The notes: generated by a model from the letters alone, not told the origin. A stretch of DNA of 64,000 nt from a virus (IMGVR_UViG_3300042006_000024); one strand, 5' to 3'; positions 24,622-35,452 are shown, numbered from the stretch's first letter. Numbers and translations: made by a program.

Positions 24622-26028
24622 TCAACCCCAGTCAATATCTGCTGGGATGCCTGTCACTCTCGGCTGCTTGTTGAACAGCGGTTCGTCTTTAGCGACTGCT
24701 TGCTGTACAGCTTTCACCTTCTGATCCTTCTCGGTGTCTGAGTCCACATCGCTGTAGCGCATCCGATTCCAATCGATCCCCAACAACTGACGCTTCATGC
24801 CTTGCTTGTTACCAAAGCGCGTCTTGATCAGGATCATCATCTGTCGACCCATCTCCATCAACTCATCGTTGGTGACGATAGCCGCAAACCAGTCGAGTGT
24901 TTGAGGTAAACCCACAGACTCAGACGTTGACGCCATGTCTGGGTTCTGCGAACTCATCCCCTCACGCGTTGTTTGAGTCGCTGTCACAATAGGCAGATTA
25001 AACTCAACAGCGAGCCCGCGTAGCTCTTCCGCAGTCGATTTGACTGTTGTGTATGAGTTCGCCCCGCCACCGGCCTTATAACGCGCACTAGCACAGATGT
25101 TGATATAGTCGATGAAGATCACATCAGGTTTGAATTTCTTCTTCTGACGCAACTCTTTCAGCAAGTGTCGGAAGTGTCCTGAGTGTGCCGAGCTTGTCGG
25201 ATACTCTTTGACAATCAACTTACCAACTGTCTTCAGTTTGAGTGCATTGACTTTACCAAGGAACCATTCCTTATCAAGGTCAGGATTCTTCAGGTCGTCA
25301 GTCGAGATATCAAGCAAGTTCGCATCAATACGCTCCTGAACTGCCTCTTCAGACATTTCCAGAGTGATGTACAGAACGTTCTTACCCATCTTCAGCCATT
25401 CACCGGCCAGATAGCACATCAACGCAGACTTACCGACGTTCGAACCAGCCAGGAACGCTGACAGGGTCTTAGGAGGCAAGCCACCGTTGGTCAACGCGTT
25501 CAGCGCATTCAACGGGAACTTCAGACGCAACTCGGTGTTGGTGTAGTACTCAAAGCGGCGCATCGCATCTTCGAGGTAGTCAGAGCCTACAGACTGCTCA
25601 AAGCTGATCGACAGCGCTTCATCCAGAATCTCAGGGATTGCATGCTTGTCCAGCTTCTTGTCACTGCCCTCGATGATTGAGATGGATTTGTAGATCGCAT
25701 TGAACAATGCCTTGTCGGTACAGTACTTCTCGGTTTCGTCGATGAGCCACTTGGTATCAGGTGCATCATCTTTCGAGTTGTACGCGCCCTGCAATGTTTC
25801 GACCGCGCTTTCAAACACATCCTCAGACAAGCCTTTCGCTTGAATCGAAACTAGCATTGCCTCCATACTTGGTATGGTTGAATACTTGTCGTACAGCTCA
25901 CCAAAGAGGTTGAAGACTTCGCGGGTTGCGCCATCGAAGTACTCTTCTTTCAGGTATGGATATACTTTCCTCGAAAATTCATCATCGTACATTAAACCCT
26001 TTAGGATACTTTGTTCTATGGACTGCAC
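24622..26028 (-). CDS. 41: replicative DnaB-like helicase gp41 (GTG start)
   Basis: LAGSNVGKS Walker A, YITLEMSEE, IFIDYINIC, IVTATQTTR. Confidence 0.95.
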   Translation of the reverse strand: MQSIEQSILKGLMYDDEFSRKVYPYLKEEYFDGATREVFNLFGELYDKYSTIPSMEAMLVSIQAKGLSEDVFESAVETLQGAYNSKDDAPDTKWLIDETEKYCTDKALFNAIYKSISIIEGSDKKLDKHAIPEILDEALSISFEQSVGSDYLEDAMRRFEYYTNTELRLKFPLNALNALTNGGLPPKTLSAFLAGSNVGKSALMCYLAGEWLKMGKNVLYITLEMSEEAVQERIDANLLDISTDDLKNPDLDKEWFLGKVNALKLKTVGKLIVKEYPTSSAHSGHFRHLLKELRQKKKFKPDVIFIDYINICASARYKAGGGANSYTTVKSTAEELRGLAVEFNLPIVTATQTTREGMSSQNPDMASTSESVGLPQTLDWFAAIVTNDELMEMGRQMMILIKTRFGNKQGMKRQLLGIDWNRMRYSDVDSDTEKDQKVKAVQQAVAKDEPLFNKQPRVTGIPADIDWG

Positions 26029-26106
26029 ACTACTACTCCGACAACAACTTAAATGAGATAGCCGCACAGTGTATTAGACTGCACGGCTATTAACAACGCC
26101 TATTGC

Positions 26107-27192
26107 TTAATCTTCGATGATCTCACCAGTTGCCTTGTCGATGCGAACGCCATCAATTTCCTCAACCCCATCATCAATGGTGAAAGTCTTCGGACTGGTC
26201 AGCGAGAACATCTGTTGTACCGCGTCTTTGAAGCTCTGATCATTAACCAGAGGATCCCAGAATGCGTCACTGCTTGTATCAGCCCGACGCCAGTTGCGAT
26301 CACCGGCAACACCAGGACGAGTGAACCAGCCATTCTTTGGCTTCTCGACATGGCCAGTTTCCAGAGCAACATCAAGCAATCCAGAAAAGCGATCAACACC
26401 ACCGTCATAGGTCACAGTGATAGGGATAGCCGACTTCTCTTTGATGAAGCGCGATTTGTTGACGTTCAGCACGAACTCAAAGCCCAGCAGTTCAGTACCT
26501 TCTTTTACTTGACGTTTACCGATGATCAGTACAGTATGGGAGCTGTATTCGATACCAGTACCACCGGACACGACTTTCTTGGAATACATTTCCTGAGTGT
26601 CGTAGGTGTGGTTGATGCAGACCATCGGAATGTCTTTCGTGGTCAGCTTCGGCGTGACGATACGGAACAGACTTTTCAGGGTCTTGGCCCGAGTCATGTC
26701 ACCGACAGACTTCTCATTCTTGACGTCCTCGACTTCTTTCTTCGAGGCAAGGTTACCGATGGAGTCAACGAAGATCATCACCCGATCTTTCTTGGTGAGT
26801 TCGTCAAGCTTCTTGTTCAGGTCGAAGTTCAGTTCTTCGATGTTGGTAATCGGGATGTGGAACACGCGGTCGTTGTCGATCCCCGCAGTTTCGAAGTATT
26901 CAGGCGTTGCACCGAACTCCGAGTCGTAGAACAGGATGATCCCGTCTTTGTACTTGTCTTGAAACGCTTTGCACAACACAAGCGCCATGTTCGATTTGAA
27001 GTGCTTAGAAGGACCTGCGAGTTGGTGCAGACCGCGCATGAAGCCACCGTCAAGGGTGCCAGAGAACGCTACGTTCATCATGTAGACCGGCATAGCGACC
27101 AGGTCAGTCCCCTTGAAGAACTCGGATGAAGAGAGTGCAGCAGCACTGTCAACAAACGAGGCTTTCTTCATACGTTCCATAATACTCGACAT
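26107..27192 (-). CDS. uvsX: UvsX RecA-like recombinase
   Basis: AGPSKHFKS, FYDSEFG, FVDSIGNLASKKE, GGTG. Confidence 0.95.
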   Translation of the reverse strand: MSSIMERMKKASFVDSAAALSSSEFFKGTDLVAMPVYMMNVAFSGTLDGGFMRGLHQLAGPSKHFKSNMALVLCKAFQDKYKDGIILFYDSEFGATPEYFETAGIDNDRVFHIPITNIEELNFDLNKKLDELTKKDRVMIFVDSIGNLASKKEVEDVKNEKSVGDMTRAKTLKSLFRIVTPKLTTKDIPMVCINHTYDTQEMYSKKVVSGGTGIEYSSHTVLIIGKRQVKEGTELLGFEFVLNVNKSRFIKEKSAIPITVTYDGGVDRFSGLLDVALETGHVEKPKNGWFTRPGVAGDRNWRRADTSSDAFWDPLVNDQSFKDAVQQMFSLTSPKTFTIDDGVEEIDGVRIDKATGEIIED

Positions 27193-27275
27193 AATTGATG
27201 CTTTCCTTTAGGAGTTTACAGGTGAGACTACACGGGCAATCGACCCGTGTAGTATTTACGGTTTACTTATGTGGA

Positions 27276-27791
27276 TCAGTGAATCGTGTCGCGCTCAGAG
27301 ACCTTGTTGATCTCATCACTCAAGAAGATGTTCTTCTCCTCGAGTCGCGCCACGATGACGTTGATGATCTTGCGCATGCTGCTTAGACCGTTCTTCAGGG
27401 CGATTGCTTCGTTGGTTTCGTTGACTCGATTGAGTCTGTCAACACCAGCGTTCGCCTCGCTCAGAATTTCACCGAGTGCTTCAGTCTGCACTTGCTGAAT
27501 GTTCATGCGCTGAGTCATGAAGAACGCTTGAAGCTCAGGGTCATTGATGTAGACGCTCAGGTCGAACAAGTCAACCTCTTGCTCAACTTCGAACCCCAGT
27601 GTCGCGTAGTCTTCAATCACACGACGCAGATACTCTTTGGCATCGCGTTGCGTTTCGAAGTAGACGCTAACAAAGTCGCTTTCGACTTCAAACGTCGATT
27701 CAAACTTGATTTCTGCCGCAATGCTCTGAAGGTATTTGTGCAGTTCAGTGGTATCAGGTGTCTCAAGTACTTCAAATTTCGCGTACAGCAT
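27276..27791 (-). CDS. hypothetical protein
   Basis: ORF track. Confidence 0.65.
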   Translation of the reverse strand: MLYAKFEVLETPDTTELHKYLQSIAAEIKFESTFEVESDFVSVYFETQRDAKEYLRRVIEDYATLGFEVEQEVDLFDLSVYINDPELQAFFMTQRMNIQQVQTEALGEILSEANAGVDRLNRVNETNEAIALKNGLSSMRKIINVIVARLEEKNIFLSDEINKVSERDTIH

Positions 27792-27823
27792 ATTATGGTG
27801 AACCCCGTTTATTATGATGGTCT

Positions 27824-28636
27824 TTAGTTGTTAAGTGTTTTAGCAATAGCGATGAAACGGTCAACCGCTTGGTGAATTGTCTCAAGACGTTTGCCGTCGT
27901 GCTCTATGACATGATCAGCAGTCGCAGTATATACGAGTTCTTCAGAAGCGTGTGAAGAACTTTTGATAACTTGTTGATTCGTATTGACAATTTTCAACAT
28001 AAGGCCACCATTCTGATGAACAAAGTCGAGTTCATTACCAAAGCGCACATCGGTATAGATCACATTGCGCTTTGGTGCTACGTCGGTCCAGAATGACTGC
28101 GAGATTGTGTCTCGAAAGAACTCTGTACCAGTCTTTTGCAACAACCGTCTTGGACTGGTCTTGAATCGCACCATCGGCTCTTTGTCAACCAGCTTATGCA
28201 GTATACGCATAAAGGCATTGGGCGTATACATCTCACCACGAAGAACTTCAAGATATTTTTTGTAAAGACCTGCATAGGCGTCTTTAGCGTTGAAGTAGCC
28301 AAGACATGCGACCAGACCATCGAAGGGGATGTCAATCGCTTCACCGTAAGCTTCGAGAATGTTAGTCAGCGCATCGTCAAACGCGCTACGCAAGTCGGCG
28401 TCAGTGTACGTGACCCGAGTCACTGTTTCGCGCAGAGCGCGTGCCTCAGGGGTCGTAGGCTCAATGATACTGGGTGCAATACCGAACACGTCTACGGTGA
28501 ACTCTTTCAGTGGCCGGGCAAAGCTGTAGGTCTCGAAAGAGCCGATGCCGGCGTCTTCCAACTTCTGAATCAGAATGCGCGCCGTAGTGTCTTTGCCGCT
28601 ACCAGCTGCGCCCATCAAACCAATGCTGTCGATCAT
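27824..28636 (-). CDS. 1: deoxynucleoside monophosphate kinase (gp1-like)
   Basis: GLMGAAGSGKDT, SFARPLKE, RRLLQKTGTEFFR, TDVRFGNE. Confidence 0.85.
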   Translation of the reverse strand: MIDSIGLMGAAGSGKDTTARILIQKLEDAGIGSFETYSFARPLKEFTVDVFGIAPSIIEPTTPEARALRETVTRVTYTDADLRSAFDDALTNILEAYGEAIDIPFDGLVACLGYFNAKDAYAGLYKKYLEVLRGEMYTPNAFMRILHKLVDKEPMVRFKTSPRRLLQKTGTEFFRDTISQSFWTDVAPKRNVIYTDVRFGNELDFVHQNGGLMLKIVNTNQQVIKSSSHASEELVYTATADHVIEHDGKRLETIHQAVDRFIAIAKTLNN

Positions 28637-28654
28637 GTTGTGTATACCTTTGTG

Positions 28655-31273
28655 TTAGGAGAAAAAGTCTTCAAGACTGATTACAGGTTCGTGTGACCAC
28701 TTGATCGCCTCGAGGAAGATCAGCAGTGGACTCATGAAAGCGGTATCAAAGATCGTGTCTCGATCAACGAACTTATCAAGCTCAAACTCGGCCGGTAAGA
28801 AGTAGTTGAAGCCGACAACGTCTTGGTTAATCGGATTCGGTCGCTTCAGGTCAATGAACTTGATCTTGTTACCACCACTGATCAGTTGCGTATTCATGCC
28901 ACGCGATTTAACGAGGTGGTTGTGGACGAGTGCGGCCTTGACGTGCTTCGGCGTCCCTTTGATATAGATGCTTGTATCATCTGTATACTTTTCGAGGTTG
29001 TTTACACCACGAGGGATTGCAATATCGTTAACCGAGAGCTTCATAAACTCCTGACGAATCTCAGCTACACGCGCATGCAACTTGTTCTGGTCACGCGTCA
29101 ACGCGATCTTGTAGCACTCCTTCAAGTAGTTACGCGACCATTCAGGGGTCGACGACTTCACGGCTTCTAGACCAGTCACCTTGAACTTAGGCTCAGTGAA
29201 GCGAACGCCCTCGCTGTCAATGATGCTCATCGTGTAACCTTTCTTACGCACGAAGATGGAGATAGGTGAAATAACTTCACGCTCCCAGACCATCTTGTTT
29301 TGCATACCGTTCATGTATTCACAGAGTTCCTGCGAAAACTGATCGACCTTCGGTGACAGCACTTGCTTCATGAACTGGTCAAGCTGGTCAGCGATCTCGT
29401 TGTCGGTCATGTGACGAATGCCCATCATCTCGACCACGTCATCAAGTACCAGATACAACGAGTCAGTATCACCAGCCACAGTACGGTTCACATCGACAGT
29501 GCCAAGCATCTTGTTCAACAGTGCATTGACGCGGACGTGAGTCCACTTGTTGATCAGTTGACCAGACAGGGTGATTGCTTCAGCATTCTCGACCTTGTAG
29601 TACAGGAAGTGTTCGTTACCGATAGCACCGTAACCAGCGTTGAGCAAAATCTTCAGTGCCAGTTGCAAGTTACCGTTCAGGCCGTCTTGCAGTTCCCACT
29701 TCTTGAGTTCCTGCACAAGCTCATCAAGCATACCCTGAACCTTCATCTCAGCTTTGACGCGTTGAGATTCGGTCTGAGCTTTGAGCATCAGTTTCTTCTT
29801 GACCTTACGACCTGTGTACAACTCATCCTTGATCTCAGCCATGAAGCCAACATAGCTACGGTCGTAGAATTCGAAGTTGCCGGCCATGATCAGGTTGTAC
29901 TTCGCCAGATCAGACAAGTCCACACGCTTATGAACCAGGTCGTCAAGTGTGTACTTCGATTTCAGCTCTTGCAGACATGCAGGTAGACGTTCACGAGGAA
30001 TGTAGGTGTTCGGGCCGATGTTGTATTGTATTTCATTCATCGGATAAAGAGAGTTCAAGTCGATAGACACCAACCAGCGATGGAAACCCACAACAGTCGG
30101 GTGAACGAATGCACCGTCGAACTCTTTACCGGCCTGACGCTTGGCTGCAAACAGAGGCACTTGACCTTTGATGTACAGTTGCTTGGCGATCAGTTGTTCC
30201 CAGATCTTGGTTGTTCCCAGCGTCTCTTCATAGTTCGCCAGACAGTAATACGCCAGGGTGAAGGTGATGTTGAACAGACCGAGCTTGTCGTTCAGCGCTT
30301 TAACGAGCGCGGTATCTTTGATGTTATAGCTGTAGAACTTCTGTGGGTTCTGCTCATACAGCGCACGCAGCGAGCCTTCTTCCTCATAGCTCATCTTGCT
30401 CATGCCGAGTTCAGCATTACCGATGAAGTCGAGTCGATAACTTTCACGCGGGACATAGATGTGTTTCTTGTACAGTTGCAGGAAGTCAAGGTGAGGAACA
30501 CCCATGATGTCCGCTTTTAACTGAGGTTTGCCGAAGTTACCGTTAACTTCACGCAGTTCGATATGGTTGAACGGCGACAGGTGCGACTTGGTTGTCTCTT
30601 CACCCAAGATCTTGTAGCAACGATTGACGATGTACGGCATGTCAAACGTCTCAGAGTTCCAACCTGAAGTTGCATCATAGTTGAACTCTTTGAAGTGACG
30701 CAGCATCGCCTTCAACAATGAGACTTCACCATCACACCGTTGATACTCAACTTTCAGGTGACCCACATCTTTGTCTTGCGCATCGTGGACGTATTCTTTA
30801 TCACCAATGCAGTAGTAGGTGTCGGTGAAGTTGTCATAGAACGTAATACCGTTGATTGGCCACTTGACCTCAGCCGGCTCAGGGAAACCTTCACCATCAG
30901 GTACATTGACCTCGATGTCGAGAATACCCACACGAATCTGACTTGGATCGAACTCAGGCATCTTACCATCATACAGCTCGATAATGAACTGGTTGGCGTA
31001 GTTGCTGTTGCCCTCGATAGTAAAGCCTTCAACGTCTTTGTAAGAGTTGACGAAGCCTTTAGCATCACGGATCGAATCGAACTGCACTCGCTTCAAGTCA
31101 TAACCAAAGATCGACGGAACAGTATCACCAGGCGCGCTTGCATCAGCTTTGGTGTAGAGCGAGGGTTTGTAGAAGTCTACCTTCTTTGCATATGACTTTC
31201 CATTCTTGCGATAGCGAAACAGGATATTGCTACCCCATGTCTTATAGAACGTGTAGAGCGCATCAGTACTCAC
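28655..31273 (-). CDS. 43: family B DNA polymerase gp43
   Basis: DIEV exonuclease I, DLNSLYP, KILLNAGYG, AGDTDS. Confidence 0.97.
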   Translation of the reverse strand: MSTDALYTFYKTWGSNILFRYRKNGKSYAKKVDFYKPSLYTKADASAPGDTVPSIFGYDLKRVQFDSIRDAKGFVNSYKDVEGFTIEGNSNYANQFIIELYDGKMPEFDPSQIRVGILDIEVNVPDGEGFPEPAEVKWPINGITFYDNFTDTYYCIGDKEYVHDAQDKDVGHLKVEYQRCDGEVSLLKAMLRHFKEFNYDATSGWNSETFDMPYIVNRCYKILGEETTKSHLSPFNHIELREVNGNFGKPQLKADIMGVPHLDFLQLYKKHIYVPRESYRLDFIGNAELGMSKMSYEEEGSLRALYEQNPQKFYSYNIKDTALVKALNDKLGLFNITFTLAYYCLANYEETLGTTKIWEQLIAKQLYIKGQVPLFAAKRQAGKEFDGAFVHPTVVGFHRWLVSIDLNSLYPMNEIQYNIGPNTYIPRERLPACLQELKSKYTLDDLVHKRVDLSDLAKYNLIMAGNFEFYDRSYVGFMAEIKDELYTGRKVKKKLMLKAQTESQRVKAEMKVQGMLDELVQELKKWELQDGLNGNLQLALKILLNAGYGAIGNEHFLYYKVENAEAITLSGQLINKWTHVRVNALLNKMLGTVDVNRTVAGDTDSLYLVLDDVVEMMGIRHMTDNEIADQLDQFMKQVLSPKVDQFSQELCEYMNGMQNKMVWEREVISPISIFVRKKGYTMSIIDSEGVRFTEPKFKVTGLEAVKSSTPEWSRNYLKECYKIALTRDQNKLHARVAEIRQEFMKLSVNDIAIPRGVNNLEKYTDDTSIYIKGTPKHVKAALVHNHLVKSRGMNTQLISGGNKIKFIDLKRPNPINQDVVGFNYFLPAEFELDKFVDRDTIFDTAFMSPLLIFLEAIKWSHEPVISLEDFFS

Positions 31274-31364
31274 GTATTAGCAGCCTTAGTTGGATAAATG
31301 GGCGACGATACTACTAAAGGAACGAAGTCGCTGTAAAGGGCTTACAGCGACTCGCAGGGGCGAT

Positions 31365-32048
31365 TTACTTCAGCAGTGCGGCGATGTTCGGCTCAACGAA
31401 AGTCGAAGGCTTCATGATCTTGCCTTCACCGAAGTTGTCACGGAAGGTTACACGCTGGACACCAGCAACTTCAGCAAACGAGTAGCCGACGTTTTCGCGC
31501 TTGCGGACTTCTTCAATCCACTCACACATAGCGTCAATGTCTTTGACTTCGCTGGCGATTGGGAACTTGCTCCAGTTGCTTTCCATCACCGCATCGACGA
31601 CGACATGCATATCAACCTTATACAGGTCTTCAGCAACGTACATCAGCAGGTACAGCAGGCTCATGGTGAATTCGATGTCGTGCAGGCCTTCTGCAAACAG
31701 GTTGTTGGTTGAGATGGTGCTGGTCAGCGACAGCAGGTAGTCTTGTTGCAGGCGAGGGTCTGTGCTGATGTCTTCACCGAACAGGTCTTCAACGTTGAAG
31801 TCGGCATTGAACTCTTGACGCATCAGGAAGTACTTGTAGGCAAGGGTGACGAAGATGTCAGCGATGCCATCCAGAGTTTCCTTCGTGTCTTTGGTTGCGA
31901 TGCCTGCGATAGTTTCCATCACCTCTTCATGGACATATGCAGTCTGTGCTACCAGTTGTTCTGGAGTGAAGGTGTGGGTCATCTTGCGAGCAACCGCGTT
32001 CCAGTCGATAACGTCTTGGATTTGGCGGTTAAAAGTATCGAAGTTCAT
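31365..32048 (-). CDS. MazG-like/all-alpha NTP pyrophosphohydrolase
   Basis: HEEVME...ETLDGIADIFVT and VMESNWSKF. Confidence 0.75.
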   Translation of the reverse strand: MNFDTFNRQIQDVIDWNAVARKMTHTFTPEQLVAQTAYVHEEVMETIAGIATKDTKETLDGIADIFVTLAYKYFLMRQEFNADFNVEDLFGEDISTDPRLQQDYLLSLTSTISTNNLFAEGLHDIEFTMSLLYLLMYVAEDLYKVDMHVVVDAVMESNWSKFPIASEVKDIDAMCEWIEEVRKRENVGYSFAEVAGVQRVTFRDNFGEGKIMKPSTFVEPNIAALLK

Positions 32049-32050
32049 AG

Positions 32051-33094
32051 TTACATCAGTTCCTTTAAAGTGGTCATCATTGAGGTTGAGGTGAAGAAGG
32101 TCGCAGAGATGCGTTCGAACTCTTTATCGAGTCGCGGCGCAAGCTTGTCATAGTTATTCATGTAATGAACAATCAAGTCAGCCATTGCCTGTGGGTCACG
32201 CATCTCCGCTGGATCATACTTGAACAGTACGTTGTACATTTCCGAGTATGACAAGTAGTCGGGCACCATCGGGATTGCCTTGAGAGCCAATCCTTCATAT
32301 GTGCCGATACCGAGAGTTTCCTGTTTGTTTGCCGAGAACAGCAACTTAGAGCGAGCAAGGATATTGTAATACTCGTCCTTAGTCAACGAACTTTCCTGAC
32401 AGGCAATGAACTTATATTGTGGTAACATAACTTCAAGTTGCTTAAACAGGTTATAGTTCTTCTCTTCGCTTAGTCGGTGCGGAAAACAAACAATATCTTC
32501 CTTAACGAGATCAGCAGGCGTTGCACATTGCGCAATCTCTGCGATGTATTCGAACGGGAAGCCCGCCTTATGGATCGTCGAATGACGTCTATCGACACCG
32601 AGCGTATTGCAGAACATGTCAACATGGAACTGAGTCGCAAAGAAGTTCACGTCGGCAGCATAGAACATTGCGCGCTCAGCATTGAATGACCATGTCTTGC
32701 TCGGGATCTTGCGACCAAGAAAGTCTTGAGGGTCATAGCTACCTGCGTGCCACATGCTGGCGATCTGAACATCTTTACCTGTCAAGTCGATCATGTAGCG
32801 CGCCATCAAGATCACAGGGTTCCATGCATCAGTGAACAACAGCACATCACCATCAGTGACTGTACCATCATCAAACGCACGCGCCAAGATGATCGCTTGT
32901 GATGCTTTGAACTCGTTGGTCTTCGTGAAGTTGAGAAACGCGCCTTCTGTTGCAGTGTCGGAGCCCCTGGCTTCCCCTGCAATGACGTTGACTTTCATCC
33001 CGTGAGTCTCGATCAATGCTGGAAGCGTGTGCTTCCAGATCGATGTATAGCGACTCTCAATCGGTTCTAGTTCGATGAGGTGCACTGTGCCCAT
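32051..33094 (-). CDS. GT-B fold glycosyltransferase
   Basis: FPHRLSEEKN, QETLGIGTYEG...PMVPDYLSYSE acceptor/donor motifs. Confidence 0.85.
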   Translation of the reverse strand: MGTVHLIELEPIESRYTSIWKHTLPALIETHGMKVNVIAGEARGSDTATEGAFLNFTKTNEFKASQAIILARAFDDGTVTDGDVLLFTDAWNPVILMARYMIDLTGKDVQIASMWHAGSYDPQDFLGRKIPSKTWSFNAERAMFYAADVNFFATQFHVDMFCNTLGVDRRHSTIHKAGFPFEYIAEIAQCATPADLVKEDIVCFPHRLSEEKNYNLFKQLEVMLPQYKFIACQESSLTKDEYYNILARSKLLFSANKQETLGIGTYEGLALKAIPMVPDYLSYSEMYNVLFKYDPAEMRDPQAMADLIVHYMNNYDKLAPRLDKEFERISATFFTSTSMMTTLKELM

Positions 33095-33097
33095 GAG

Positions 33098-33487
33098 TTA
33101 GATACCGTCGCAGTAAGAGTTGACGCAACCGTTTTCACCATCTTCGTTCACTTCGATCTTGATGGTGCGACCTGGCCACTGTGCAGCAACGCGTTCGGCA
33201 AGTTCATCGGCCAGCATCTCGCAGGACTTGTGGTCGAAGTTCAGAGTGCCTTCGTCATACCACTTCAGACATTGACGTTTGAGTTGGATGAACTCGATAT
33301 CACGGTCATTGTGGAATACTTCGAGGGTCAACTTGAAGTGAAACATATGGCGATGTGGCGATGCGAGAAAGCTAACATCATCCCAGCCACCAGTTGCCAA
33401 CTTCGGATCAGTTGCAGCGGCCGGATAGCAATGGATACCTTCACGTTGAAAGGTCACGAATACTTCACTGTTATACTTGGTGATCAT
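33098..33487 (-). CDS. QueD paralogue (T-fold), DpdL-like putative CDG decarboxylase
   Basis: EGIH, LASPHRHMF (LxxxHRHxF), SCEMLA, EDGENG; lacks QueD catalytic Cys context. Confidence 0.7.
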   Translation of the reverse strand: MITKYNSEVFVTFQREGIHCYPAAATDPKLATGGWDDVSFLASPHRHMFHFKLTLEVFHNDRDIEFIQLKRQCLKWYDEGTLNFDHKSCEMLADELAERVAAQWPGRTIKIEVNEDGENGCVNSYCDGI

Positions 33488-33491
33488 TAAC

Positions 33492-34769
33492 TTATCCTGC
33501 TAAGTCGAAAAGAGTAGATTGATTGTTTGCTTCACTGAGGTGTTTAATGCGACGACTTTGAACCTTCTTACCGAAGTTCCGTTTCCAGTCGTTCCAACTT
33601 GCCATGTCATTTACATCGCGCAGGTGCAGCATAGGGTTCAACCCTTGCTCTTGCACGAACTCGGTCAAACTATACTCGTTAGTTGTGATTTCGTCAACGT
33701 GCCGAGTAAAGTTAAGTATCGATGCGCAAATAAAACCAAAACAAATCTTCAACCGAAGTTCATTCATTGCGTCATCAGGCTCACCATGCCTGTCAGCAAA
33801 TGCCTTATTACTTAAACGGATTGAATCCATAAAGATAATAGGGTCAAGGTTAAAGCCGAAGTAGGTTTCGATGTCGCGCATGATCTGTTCAGAGAACCGA
33901 GAGAAGGTCACAGGGAACTTCCGATTACCTTTAAAATCGTAGCTGTAGTAATGACCCATCGTCACGCCACTCGTGTGCGACGTCGAGTCATACGACACAT
34001 GCACCCCATCCAACATACCTGAACGCTTGAACATCACCGCAGGCAACAGACGCTTGACGCTACCGACTCCAAGGATGTGCAAGGTATTCTTGATGTGGTC
34101 TGGTGCTTCAAGTTGCGTGAAGCTGAACATACGTTCGATGTCTTCCAGCGGGCCTGTACCGAGGCCTGCCGCCCCTAGAGAGATACCACCGATGTACTGA
34201 TGCAAGTTATCAGGAATGGTCTCAAGCAGGACATCTAGCCATTGCTTGTACGTGTCAACACAGTTGCCTTGAATGATCAACAGCGGCTTGCAGCGCATGC
34301 GGTCATTGTCAACGATGAATTCGATTTGCTTGCGGATGTTCTCACCTGTGCGCTTGGCATAGTCGGTGAAGTTCGCAGCATCAAAGAAGCGGTCATCGGT
34401 ATCGTTACGACCAGACGTCTTGCCTGTCAGGACAATCGGGATTTCATCGAAGCTCATGGCGATGTCCGAATATTTCGACTGGATGTCATAGACATCTAGC
34501 TTCATTTGCTCGGTAATCGTCAGGCCCTGGGTGATGATCTGAAGGCCACCAGAGTCAGAATGGATCTTATGCCACTGCTTGTAGAACTCGTTGACCTGTG
34601 GCCCGTATTGCTTTTCAGTGTGCGCGTTGAACAGGCAACTGTACGTGTGCCCGTACTTACCTTGCATAGAGCCGATCATGTCGTCAATAGCAAGGTGCGC
34701 GGGCGACTCAAGTGCCATCTTTTGCATGATCCGAGTGTGACTCAGACCAGAAGCAACGTACTCAAACAT
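33492..34769 (-). CDS. dpdA: DpdA-type DNA 7-deazaguanine transglycosylase (TGT family)
   Basis: SDSGGLQ, SFDEIP, IIQGN, GGISLG, LHILGVG, SYDSTSH; next to folE/queD/queE. Confidence 0.85.
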   Translation of the reverse strand: MFEYVASGLSHTRIMQKMALESPAHLAIDDMIGSMQGKYGHTYSCLFNAHTEKQYGPQVNEFYKQWHKIHSDSGGLQIITQGLTITEQMKLDVYDIQSKYSDIAMSFDEIPIVLTGKTSGRNDTDDRFFDAANFTDYAKRTGENIRKQIEFIVDNDRMRCKPLLIIQGNCVDTYKQWLDVLLETIPDNLHQYIGGISLGAAGLGTGPLEDIERMFSFTQLEAPDHIKNTLHILGVGSVKRLLPAVMFKRSGMLDGVHVSYDSTSHTSGVTMGHYYSYDFKGNRKFPVTFSRFSEQIMRDIETYFGFNLDPIIFMDSIRLSNKAFADRHGEPDDAMNELRLKICFGFICASILNFTRHVDEITTNEYSLTEFVQEQGLNPMLHLRDVNDMASWNDWKRNFGKKVQSRRIKHLSEANNQSTLFDLAG

Positions 34770-34777
34770 TTAAAACC

Positions 34778-35452
34778 TCACTTGGAGTAGACGATGCTCA
34801 TGAACTCTTGACGGCATACTGGATTACTGCTGAACGAACCACCGAGGTACGAAGTGACTGTATGGCTACCGTGGTCTTCAACACCGCGCGATTTGACGCA
34901 GTAGTGTTCAGCATCGATCACAACAGCAACGTCTTCGGTGTCGAGGATGAACTGAAGACTGTGTGCGATCTGCAAGGTCAGACGCTCTTGAATCTGTGGA
35001 CGGCGAGCGAAGTACTCAGCGATACGGTTGAGCTTCGACAGACCCAGTACCTTACCCTTAGGGATGTAGGCGATGTGCGCGATACCGTCAATCGTGACAA
35101 GGTGGTGTTCGCAGCTCGACATGATGGTCACGTCTTTCTCAACAACCATCTGGTTGTAGGACATCTTGTTGTCGACAGTGGTAGCCTTAGGGAAGTTCTC
35201 GGTCTTCAGGCCCCAGAACAGTTCTTTGACAAACATCTTGGCCACACGACGAGGTGTCTCAGCCAGAGAATCATCAGCCAGGTCAAGACCAAGAGTGGTG
35301 AGTACTTCGGTCATGTGATCTTCGATAATCCGAACCTTGTCGTCGTCGCTCAGGTCAGACGCGATAGTCGGTGTAGCTACACCTTTCAGGATCAAGTAAT
35401 CGTTGACAGCTTTGCCGAGTGCTGCATCGGTTTTCGTAGGTTGGAAGGACAT
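34778..35452 (-). CDS. folE: GTP cyclohydrolase I
   Basis: ETPRRVAKM, SSCEHHL, GLSKLNRI, RPQIQERLT, HYCVKSRG. Confidence 0.97.
   Translation of the reverse strand: MSFQPTKTDAALGKAVNDYLILKGVATPTIASDLSDDDKVRIIEDHMTEVLTTLGLDLADDSLAETPRRVAKMFVKELFWGLKTENFPKATTVDNKMSYNQMVVEKDVTIMSSCEHHLVTIDGIAHIAYIPKGKVLGLSKLNRIAEYFARRPQIQERLTLQIAHSLQFILDTEDVAVVIDAEHYCVKSRGVEDHGSHTVTSYLGGSFSSNPVCRQEFMSIVYSK

Noticed and set aside
33098-33487. Calling this the pathway queD
   Set aside because: A more canonical QueD (C-x-x-x-HG-Y, FDH) is at 37083-37700; this one is a divergent paralogue
33492-34769. tRNA-guanine transglycosylase (tgt) acting on tRNA
   Set aside because: Lacks the C-terminal Zn-binding CxCxxC motif and sits in a phage que cluster beside gp43; DpdA is more plausible
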